DNA of 64,000 nt from Macrostomum lignano (taxonomy: Eukaryota), in contig NIVC01001498.1 in assembly GCA_002269645.1 (NCBI GenBank), positions 124,001 through 188,000 on the forward strand, written 5' to 3'. Shown here piece by piece: positions 20,313 to 32,300 of the stretch. The notes beneath the pieces are model-generated. The model saw only the letters and a list, made by a program, of their open reading frames with translations. It did no database searches and was not told the DNA's origin. The position numbers were made by a program, and so were the translations under genes. The first letter of the stretch is position 1. Every line of letters starts with the position of its first letter.

Positions 20313-23300
20313 CTGCGCGTTTCGGGTGATGGGAGGAATGATAATGAAAGTAATGAAAGTAGGGATTCCATTTTTTGGATATCCTAATGGTTACTAACAA
20401 ATCCCAAGCCACACCTGTTGGAGCCCAGTTCCAATACCTCTTGAGATCCCAATCCTCATCCATAAGTTCCCAATCGTCATCCCGAAGATCCCAATCCTCA
20501 TCCCGAAGATCCCAATCCTCATCCCGAAGATCCCAATCCTCATCCCGAAGATCCCAATCCTCATCCCGAAGATCCCAATCCTCATCCCTAAACCCCAATC
20601 CTCATCCATAAGATCCAATCGTCATCCCGAAGATCTCAATCCTCATCCCGAAGATCTCAATCCTCATCCCTAAATCCCAGTCCTCATCCATAAATCCCAG
20701 TCCTCATCCCTAAATCCCATTCCTCATCCCTAAATCCCATTCCTCATCCCTAAACCCCAATCCTCATCCATAATATCCCAATGGTCATCCCGAAGATCTC
20801 AATCCTCATCCATAATATCCCAATCCTCATCCATAATATCCCAATCCTCATCCCGAAGATCACAATCCTCATCCCGAAGATCACAATCCTCATCCATAAT
20901 ATCCCAATCCTCATCCCGAAGATCACAATCCTCATCCCGAAGATCACAATCCTCATCCCGAAGATCCCAATCCTCATCCCGAAGATCCCAATCCTCATCC
21001 CGAAGATCCCAATCCTCATCCCAAAGATCACAATCCTCATCCCGAAGATCACAATCCTCATCCCGAAGATCACAATCCTCATCCCGAAGATCCCAATCCT
21101 CATCCCGAAGATCCCAATCCTCATCCCAAAGATCACAATCCTCATCCCGAAGATCACAATCCTCATCCCGAAGATCCCAACACTTATTTTTATATCCTAG
21201 TCCTCCTCCCTAAATTCCAATATTGTTTCACAGCTCCCAGTTCTCATAAATAAAGGTGAAAAGCTACGCCAAATCCCAATTCGACCCAGTTACTCACATA
21301 TTCGCAGTACTCCAGCAGCATGAGCGGAGCCTCCATCGGGTTGCTATCAATGCAGATTCCGACAAAGCGAGTGACATAATCGTGATCGCATTTGTTGAAT
21401 AATTTCATCTGTTCAACGAATTGGGCTGTCAATTGAGGATCGTCGGTGGTCAGCTCCTTGATCAGCACCGTGGCACCGTTTAGAGTGCCGATACGGACTG
21501 TGCCAAATAGGCCGCGACCTGGTGAACAGTGTTTTGTGATAGGAATTTTCCATGTATACTACTTGTCAAGCGTGGTCAGTAGCGAAAGTAGGGTTTTACG
21601 CTATCTTATTGACTTTAAGCTACATAATTTATTAATATTATCTACTCGCTCGCTCTTACAGCATATAGCAACTGTATAGTATAGTTGTAAGTACTGTATA
21701 GTACTGTAATGTATAGCATATTCATTTCTTTACTTTTCATCTTCTATATGTCTGTCTTTGAACATCTCTACATCTATTTCTGATATCTATATATACATTC
21801 CCTATATATATCTACTAACGATTTATCTCCAATATCTATAAACTATCTGCAATATCTAGAACAACGATCTGCAATATCAATCAACGATATGCAATATTTA
21901 TCAACGATCTGCAATATCTATCAAAGACCTGCAATATCTACCAACGATCTGCAATATCTAAGAACGATCTACAATATCTATCAAGGATCTGCAATATCTA
22001 CCAACGATCTACAATATCTAAGAACGATCTTCAATATCTATCAACGATCTGAAATATCTACCAACGATCTGCAATATCTAAGAACGATCTTCAATATCTA
22101 TCAACGATCTGCAATATCTAAGAACGATCTACAATATCTATCAAGGATCTGCAATATCTACCAACGATCTACGATATCTAAGAACGATCTTCAATATCTA
22201 TCAACGATCTGAAATATCTACCAACGATCTGCAATATCTAAGAACGATCTTCAATATCTATCAACGATCTGCAATATCTAAGAACGATCTACAATATCTA
22301 TCAAGGATCTGCAATATCTACCAACGATCTGCAATATCTAAGAACGATCTTCAATATCTATCAAGGATCTGCAATATCTACCAACGATCTGCAATATCTA
22401 AGAACGATCTGCAATATCTATCAACGATCTGCAATATCTACCAACGATCTGCAATATCTATCAACGATCTGCAATATCTAAGAACGATCTTCAATATCTA
22501 TCAAGGATCTGCAATATCTACCAACGATCTGCAATATCTAAGAACGATCTTCAATATCTATCAACGATCTGCAATATCTAAGAACGATCTGCAATATCTA
22601 TCAACGATCTGCAATATCTAAGAACGATCTGCAATATCTATCAACGATCTGCAATATCTAAGAACGATCTACAATATCTATCAACGATCTGCAATATCTA
22701 TCAAGGATCTGAAATAACTGAAAATACAGTTGCACTCACCCAGAATCCCAGGCCTGTACTGAATGAGCTTCCTATCTGTCTGATGGGTTCGGCAGAGCCG
22801 GTCCAGAGTAGTCTCAATAATGGAATTAGCGGGAGTATTAGTTCTCAACCGGCCATATGTAGACTGCAACGAGCTGCTGATGCCGCTAACACTGTTGCCG
22901 TCGTAGATGAGGTCGGCTCTCGGCGGGCTGTACCTGCCGCTCTGGCTCAGCAGAGTCTTGTACTCCGGCTGCAGCTGTTGCAGAGACCTGCCCGATTCGG
23001 CTGACTCATAATAGCCTCCGCCAACTCCGCCAGGTGAGTCGCGAAGCCGATTCATAAACAGGTGCTGCTGCTGCTGCTGCTGTGGCGGCTGCTGATGCTG
23101 TTTCTGCTTTTTAGCGGCTCCGCTATTGCTGAAGCCATTACTGGTCAGCATGGTGGAAGTTGCTGCGCAGGTCAACATTGGCTGCTGCTGAGGATGGACG
23201 AACTGCTGCTGTTGCTGTTGCTGCTGTTGCTGCTCCTGCAGCTGCATGTTGTCCGATCGTTTCTGCCGCTTCTGCTGCATCCTCAGTGTACAGCAGATCG

Positions 23301-26300
23301 ATAAGAACACGATGAGGCCCAGGTAGCCGACAGCGCAGCTCACCACTATGATGACAGTTTTCATCATGGAATTCTTGTCAGACGAACCCGACGCTTCGCC
23401 AGCGTTGGGGTCCAGGACGCGAAGGTGCACAGTGTGCTTATTAGGCATGAGGATGTACACAGTGGCCGCTAGGCACTGATACTCCCCGGCGTGGCCCATT
23501 GTAGCCCGATGAATGATCAGCGTGCCATTGGGGAATAGGAACAGATTTCTGGTCTTTTCCAAGTCCTCCCGGCGCAGGCTGTCAGCTGTGAGCAGGCGGC
23601 TGCTGTTGTCGCGCTTGAACATGTCCTGCGTGATCGCCGTGGGTCGGTAGTCGCCGACGCCGCCGCCGCTGCCGAACGGACGAAACGTCCAGGTGATGGT
23701 CGGCCTCGGATCGCCGGTCACCTCGCAGTCGAGGCGAACAGTGTCGCCCAGTTCCACCGTTGTGTTCGGCGAGATGCGCCGGAAGACAGGCTTGGCGCCG
23801 ACCTCAACGTTGAAGATCTTCTCTAGCCGGCCCTGCGGTCCCTCGGCAACTATTCTGTACTGGCCGCGCATCTCCTTCGAGACGTAGTGAAAGGTGAGCC
23901 GCGTGCCGTCTGGGCTCAGCTCGATGCCGCCGCTGCCGCCGCCGCCCGACAGGGTGTCGACTGGAATCGACTGGAATGCGTCGCCCGGGCCTGAGCGCCT
24001 GGACCAGCTGATCCTGGGAGCGTACTCGCCCGACCAGGGGCAGTCTAGAGTCTCTTGCACCTGGATGCCAGTGTGGGATTCTTCTATTGTTAGTGGATTT
24101 GGCTTCTATAGATTATTGGAATCAATCAAATGTGCTCAAGACTGGGATCAATGAATGGACTGAAGATTGGGATCAATCAATGTGCTCAAGACTGGGATCA
24201 GTGAATGTGCTCAAGACTGGGATCAGTGAATGTGCTCAAGACTGGGATCAGTGAATGTGCTCAAGACTGGGATCAGTGAATGTGCTCAAGACTGGGATCA
24301 GTGAATGTGCTCAAGACTGGGATCAGTGAATGTGCTCAAGACTGGGATCAATGAATGTGCTCAAGACTGGGATCAGTGAATGTGCTCAAGACTGGGATCA
24401 ATGAATGTGCTCAAGACTGGGATCAGTGAATGTGCTCAAGACTGGGATCAGTGAATGTGCTCAACACTGGGATCAGTGAATGTGCTCAAGACTGGGATCA
24501 ATGAATGTGCTCAAGACTGGGATCAGTGATTTGCAACAAAGACAGCAAAGAGACTCGCCTTCAGCTCCAGCTGCACAGCAGAATTCTTAGCCGGGCACAA
24601 CTGAAATTTCCTTTTCACGCTCAGGGTAATATTGCCGGAAGAGTCGCTCTTCTCCGACACGGGGGTGCCCAGATCGTCTAGTCGGGTCACGGCCAGACAG
24701 GCGTACACTCCGGCGTGGTGCAGCGACACGGACTGGAAGGTCAGGGCTCCGTCAGGACTGACTCTGTAGCTTTTCGCCGCCGTCGGCATGCCGATAGCCG
24801 ACGAGGCGACAACGGCAGAGTCAGCGCCGGAATCTGGTGCAGAACTCGAGCTGGCCACTAGCACAGGCAGACTGGAGCCCTGTGTGTACTTGTACCAGTC
24901 GAATTTGGTTAGCTGTGTCACTACATTTCCAGGACTGTAGGGACAGGCAATTGTCAAGCCTTTATCGTCCTCGGTGGCTACTTTACTGACGGGCACTTTG
25001 CTCAGCGTGGGCGGGTAGGTCACCAGCAGGCTTAGCGGCATCTCGCTGCTGCCGGCCGGGTTCTCCAGCCGAATGGTGTAGGTGCCGCTGTCCGACTTGC
25101 GGGCCGAGTCCAGCTAGCCGAGTGGGACAGACAGACGCTTTTTTAGTGAAGCTGATACCGGTACTTGAATTTTGGAGGCGCGATTGGGGGGCAGAGGAGG
25201 GAGAGGGAAAGGGAAAGACATGAAGGCGGGAAGGGAGGGGAAGACAGGAGGGGAAGAGGGGAAGGCAGGAGGGGAAAAGGGAAGGCAGGAGGGGAAGAGG
25301 GGAAGACAGGTGTAAAGAGGGGAAGGCAGGAGGCAAAGAGAGGAAGACAGGAGGGGAACAGGGGAAGGCAGGAGGGGAAGAGGGGAAGGCAGGAGGAGAA
25401 CAGGGGAAGACAGGAGGGGAACAGGGGAAGGCAGGAGGAGAACAGGGGAAGACAGGAGGAGAACAGGGGAAGGCAGGAGGGGAAGAGGGGAAGGCAGGAG
25501 GAGAACAGGGGAAGACAGGATGGGAACAGGGGAAGGCAGGAGGGGAACAGGGGAAGACGGAAGGCAAAGAGGGGAAGACAGGAGGGGAAGAGGGGAAGAC
25601 AGGAGGGGAAGAGGGGAAGACAGGAGGGGAAGAGGGGAAGGCAGGAGGGAACAGGGGAAGACAGGAGGGGAAGAGGGGAAGACAGGAGGGGAACAGGGGA
25701 AGGCAGGAGGGGAAGAGGGGAAGACAGGAGGGAACAGGGGAAGGCAGGAGGCAAAGAGGGGAAGGCAGGAGGGGAAGAGGGGAAGACAGGAGGGGAAGAG
25801 GGGAAGACAGGAGGGGAAGAGGGGAAGGCAGGAGGGAACAGGGGAAGACAGGAGGGGAACAGGGGAAGGCAGGAGGGGAAGAGGGGAAGACAGGAGGGGA
25901 AGAGGGGAAGGCAGGAGGCAAAGAGGGGAAGACAGGAGGGGAACAGGGGAAGACAGGAGGGGAACAGGGAAGGCAGGAGGGGAACAGGGGAAGGCAAGAG
26001 GGGAAGAGGGGAAGACAGCAGGGGAGAGCCGAACAGGCCACTATTTACCTGCAAATGATAGTCTCGAACAATTCGAACTCTGGCGCTAGGCGATTCGGAC
26101 TCTCTCGGCACTCGAGCGCCACCGGGAGCGGTCCAGGTGACGCTGGGCATGGGAATCCACTCTTGGCCGCTACTCTGGTCTCGGTAGGGCAGGTAGACCC
26201 GTTGAACAAATACGGAGTTGATTGGCACCAGCAGCGGCCGAAATGTCACTGGCGGCTCGAAGTTCTTGTTCCCGTCTAGGCCGGAGTTCTCTGAAATAAT

Positions 26301-29300
26301 AGGGGAGATTTGGAGAAAATTTAAGTAGTGAAGCATCACAGCATCCTCTTAGTGCCCCATCACAGCATCCCCTCAGTGTCCCATCACAGCATCTTTAATG
26401 CCCCATCACAGCATCCCCTCAGTGTCCCATCACAGCATCCTCCCAGTGCCCCATCACAGCATCACCTCAGTGCCCCATCACAGCATCCTTAATGCCCAAT
26501 TACAGCATCTCACAGCATCCCCTCAATGGCCCATCACAGCATCCCCTCAGTGGCCCATCACAGCATCCCCTCAGTGGCCCATCACAGCATCCCTCAATGC
26601 CTCATCACAGCATCCTTAGTGCCCCATCACAGCATCCTTAGAGTGCCCCATCACAGCATCCTTACAGTGTCCCATCACAGCATCCTCTCAGTGCCCCATC
26701 ACAGCAGCCCCTTAGTGCCCCATCACAGCATCCCCTTAGTGCCCCCATACGTCCTTAACAATAAAAACCTGAAAAAATGCTGCATATACTACTACTCACT
26801 TGTCTGCACAACCTCGTAGAGAAACTCGGCGGTGAACTGTGACTTCAGCAGCACCAGGCGGACAAGATAGAAATGGCTGGTCCCGGCAAACGCTTCGCTG
26901 ATGCGCAGCTTGGTGGTGTCGGAGCGCCAGCGGTTGTTGCGCAACTCAAGGCCCGACGTGGAGATCGATCGGTCGCTGACCGAGAGATTCGGTGTGCATG
27001 TTTTTAATTTAATAATCGCATTTTTAATCTATGGTATTTATCCCACAACATATTTCCCATTCTATTCCCCACTAATCTATTTATCCCCATTCTATCCTAC
27101 AATATTCCAATTATCCCCATTCTATCCCCCACTCCTCCATTTATCCTCATTCTATCCCCCACTCCTCCATTTATCCTCATTCTATCCCCACTCCTCCATT
27201 TATCCTCATTCTATCCCCCACTCCTCCATTTATCCTCATTCTATCCCCCACTCCTCCATTTATCCTCATTCTATCCCCCACTCCTCCATTTATCCTCATT
27301 CTATCCCCCACTCCTCCATTTATCCTCATTCTATCCCCCACTCCTCCATTTATCCTCATTCTATCCCCCACTCCTCCATTTATCCTCATTCTATCCCCAC
27401 TCCTCCATTTATCCTCATTCTATCCCCCACTCCTCCATTTATCCTCATTCTATCCCCCACTCCTCCATTTTTCCCATTTTATCCCCAAGGTCATTTTCAT
27501 CCGCAGCCTACCTGGAATCCATAACCATATCGATTTTCTTCCTATCAATATGCTGGTAGCCGAAGGCCTTCAGCGTGAACCAGAGCTTGTGATCGGACTC
27601 GTCAAGGTCAAATGTGGGCAGCCGAACTTTCTCGTCGTTGCGAACGTAGTGGACAGGATTGCCGAACTTACTCCCGATGCCTGCAGATGGGGCGTAGGGT
27701 GGGGGATTAGAGTAGCGTCTTGGGATTCATTTTTTTGGATTAGTATTTTGGATCTAGTATTTGGATAACTGGTAAACGGGTAAGGATTGGGATTATACTT
27801 GAATGGGATAAATTGGTGAGGATTGGGATGATACTAGAATGGGATAAACTGGTGAAAATTGGGATGATACTAGAATGGGATAAATTGGTGAGGATTGGGA
27901 TGATACTAGAATGGGATAAATTGGTGAGGATTGGGATGATACTAGAATGGGATAAACTGGTGAGGATTGGGATGATACTTGAATGGGATAAATTGGTGAG
28001 GATTGGGATGATACTAGAATGGGATAAACTGGTGAAAATTGGGATGATACTTGAATGGGATAAATTGGTGAGGATTGGGATGATACTAGAATGGGATAAA
28101 TTGGTGAGGATTGGGATGATACTAGAATGGGATAAATTGGTGAGGATTGGGATGATACTAGAATGGGATAAATTGGTGAGGATTGGGATGATACTAGAAT
28201 GGGATAAACTGGTGAGGATTTGGTACTTGGATAATACTGAATGGAATAAATTGGTGAGGATTGGGATGATACTTGAATGGGATAAATTGGTGAGGATTGG
28301 GATTATACTTGAATGGGATAAATTGGTGAGGATTGGGATTATACTTGAATGGGATAAATTGGTGAGGATTGGGATTATACTTGAATGGGATAAATTGGTG
28401 AGGATTGGGATGATACTGGAATGGGATAAATTGGTGAGGATTGGGATTATACTTGAATGGGATAAATTGGTGAGGATTGGGGTGATACTAGAATGGGATA
28501 AACTGGTGAAAATTGGGATGATACTAGAATGGGATGAATTGGTGAGGATTGGGTTAATACTGGAATGGGATAAATTGGTGAGGATTGGGATGATACTAGA
28601 ATGGGATAAATTGGTGAGGATTGGGATGATACTAGAATGGGATAAATTGGTGAGGATTGGGATGATACTAGAATGGGATAAATTGGTTAGGATTGGGTTA
28701 ATACTGGAATGGGATAAATTAGTGAGGATTTGGATGATACTGGAATGGGATAAATTAGTGAGGATTTGGATGATACTGGAATGGGATAAATTGGTGAGGA
28801 TTGGGATGATACTTGAATGGGATAAATTGGTGAGGATTGGGATGATACTGGAATGGGATAAATTGGTGAGGATTGGGATTATACTTGAATGGGATAAATT
28901 GGTGAGGATTGGGGTGATACTAGAATGGGATAAATTGGTGAGGATTGGGATGATACTAGAATGGGATAAATTGGTTAGGATTGGGTTAATACTGGAATGG
29001 GATAAATTGGTGAGGATTGGGATGATACTAGAATGGGATAAATTGGTTAGGATTGGGTTAATACTGGAATGGGATAAATTAGTGAGGATTTGGATGATAC
29101 TGGAATGGGATAAATTAGTGAGGATTTGGATGATACTGGAATGGGATAAATTGGTGAGGATTGGGATGATACTTGGATGGGATAAATTGGTGAGGATTGG
29201 GATGATACTGGAATGGGATAAATTGGTGAGGATTGGGATTATACTAGAATGGGATAAATTGGTGAGGATTGGGATGATACTAGAATGGGATAAATTGGTT

Positions 29301-32300
29301 AGGATTGGGTTAATACTGGAATGGGATAAATTGGTGAGGATTGGGATGATACTAGAATGGGATAAATTGGTGAGGATTGGGATGATACTAGAATGGGATA
29401 AATTGGTGAGGATTGGGATGATACTAGAATGGGATAAATTAGTGAGAATAGCCAGTTTTCACGTGAGCCGTTCTCACCGTCAAAGAACACGGGCAGGGGA
29501 CTCCTGGTGAGCACTTTTCCTCCGGTGGCCTCAACGTAGCAGTGATAAACACCGGAAAGAAGTTTTGTTAATTTTGTTATAACAAGCTGGCTGAGGCTCG
29601 GCTGCTGAAAGTCGCTTCCCATGGGAATGCACTCCGAATTGTTTCGCTGCTCATTTTGGCGGCACAGGCTGCGGGCGATATGGGAATACAGTATTAAAGC
29701 CTTTTGGTATACACGAGTCCACCGATAGGGCCTACCTCTTACTGAATTCAATTATCGAACTAATGTCCTGAATCTAACTGGTCCCCATCCCCATCAAAGA
29801 GCTAAACATCCCATCCCCATGCCGAATGATCCCATCCCCATCCCAAATGATCCCATCCCCATCCCAATGATCCCATCCCCATCCCATATGATCCCATCCC
29901 CATGCCGAATGATTCCATCCCCATCCCAAATGACCCTATCCCCATCCCAATTGATCCCATCCCCATCCCAATTGATCCATCCCCATCCCAATTGATCCAT
30001 CCCCATCCCAATTGATCCTATCCCCATCCCAATTGATCCATCCCCATCCCAATTGATCCTATCCCCATCCCAAATGATCCATCCCCATCCCAATTGATCC
30101 ATCCCCATCCCAATTGATCCTATCCCCATCCCAATTGATCCATCCCCATCCCAATTGATCCTATCCCCATCCCAATTGATCCATCCCCATCCCAATTGAT
30201 CCTATCCCCATCCCAAATGACCCTATCCCCATCCCAATTGATCCATCCCCATCCCAAATGACCCTATCCCCATCCCAATTGATCCATCCCCATCCCAATT
30301 GATCCTATCCCCATCCCAATTGATCCATCCCCATCCCAATTGATCCTACCCCCATCCCAATTGATCCATCCCCATCCCAATTGATCCATCCCCATCCCAA
30401 TTGATCCTATCCCCATCCCAAATGATCCATCCCCATCCCAATTGATCCATCCCCATCCCAATTGATCCATCCCCATCCCAATTGATCCATCCCCATCCCA
30501 ATTGATCCATCCCCATCCCAATTGATCCATCCCCATCCCAATTGATCCATCCCCATCCCAATTGATCCATCCCCATCCCAATTGATCCATCCCCATCCCA
30601 ATTGATCCATCCCCATCCCAATTGATCCATCCCCATCCCAATTGATCCTATCCCCATCCCAAATGATCCATCCCCATCCCAATTGATCCATCCCCATCCC
30701 AATTGATCCATCCCCATCCCAATTGATCCATCCCCATCCCAATTGATCCATCCCCATCCCAATTGATCCATCCCCATCCCAATTGATCCATCCCCATCCC
30801 AATTGATCCATCCCCATCCCAAATGATCCCATCCCCATCCCAAATGATCCCATCCCCATCCCAAATGATCCCATCCCCATCCCAAATCAATCCATCCCCA
30901 TCCCAAACGAACCCATTGCAATCCCAAATGATCTCATCAGTTATCAAATGAACCCATTGCAATCCCAAATGATCCCATCAGTTATCAAATGAACCATTGC
31001 AATCCCAAATGATCCCATCAGTTATCAAACGAACCCATTGCAATCCCAAATGATCCCAACCCCTTCCAATTCCCAAACGCGGAGGCAGTGGCACCCCTAC
31101 GCTCACATTTTGCCATTCAGGAACCAACGAACGCTGGTAGGGGGCTCCGACGCTTGCAGTTGGCATTCGAGCACCACTCGATCGTTCGACTTCAGCTGCA
31201 GATTCGTCGGCGGCTCGATCCGCGCCACAGTCACATTGGGATTCAGCCCTGAGGTGTAATAGCGTGTTTTGTTAGTGTTTGACCCCTTCCGACAAAGAGC
31301 TTCTTAGGAACAGTTGTTGTCTTTGTAATTCTTTCTCTTCAACTCCGTCTATCTTTTACCCGCCTGCCTACTTGCCCTCTGTTCCGTTCTCAGCGTATAA
31401 AAAGGAACAAGCAAGCATTGGGAAAGCCCTATGCTAAAGGGAAGGGAGCGGTGGAAGCAATAAAAGCCCTACGGTGCTAAATTTCCTACTGGAAGGAAAG
31501 AAACACTATAAAGGGTTATTTCTATACATATCTCTCTCAAGGCGACCTGTAAGTTTGATAGGGTCATAACGCAATAAAAGCTATAAGTAAAGGTAGGAAA
31601 AGAAGCCAGAACCCACCAGCCTACCTGTGTGACAAACCCGAGGAGAAAAACAGGCAAAATAAGCAAAAGAAAGAAGATGGCCATGTTTTACAATCCAGAA
31701 CAAAGACCTGCACAAAGCTTAGGAATAGATACATAACAAACGGTAAATAGGACAAATATATCATTGCTACGGTCAACCTTGAACAAACTGAATGCATGCC
31801 TTTAAGTTAGCGAGGCGCTAAATTTGAACTCTAAGCTAAGAGTGCATGAGCACATATTGAGTGCCATTATACAGAATCATTTGTTGAGGACTCGATGTCT
31901 CGAGGATTGGGATTCCGGTATTATTAGGATTCCAATAATTGGGATTTGTGTATTGAAGATTCGAATAGTGGGGATTCGAATAGTGGGGATTCGAATAGTG
32001 AGGATTCGAATAGTCAGGATTCGAATAGTGGGGATTCGAATAGTCAGGATTCGAATAGTGAGGATTCGAATAGTGAGGTTTCAAATAGTGGGGATTCAAA
32101 AAGTGAGGATTCAAAAAGTGAGGATTGGAATGCGGCTTTGTGGTCAAATATTTTAGCGGTTCGATAAATAGGGATTGAAATACAAATTTTTCTAATAATA
32201 ACTGGTCTTAGGAATGCAGCGAACCCCTCCAACAGGCAGAGAAGAGAAACTCATAGAGTCCTAGGCTAGTCTTAGAACTACTTAAAGCTTGAAGACTCCA

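Noticed and set aside
27813-29510. 565-aa ORF of repeated [12 protein letters not shown], and similar long ORFs at 632-1216, 19004-19791, 24983-26339, 36104-36750, 37379-38617, 46667-47308, 47785-50553 and 60719-62287
   Set aside because: Translations of mini- or microsatellites whose period or composition avoids stops. Several lie inside introns of the opposite-strand PTK7-like gene or in its probable 3' UTR.
29669-29751. N-terminal extension [11 protein letters not shown]... of ORF 29299-29751 as coding sequence
   Set aside because: The upstream donor is phase 2, and the strong acceptor CCCGCAG at 29671-29669 fits it (NGKI-LCRQ), so this stretch is best read as intron.
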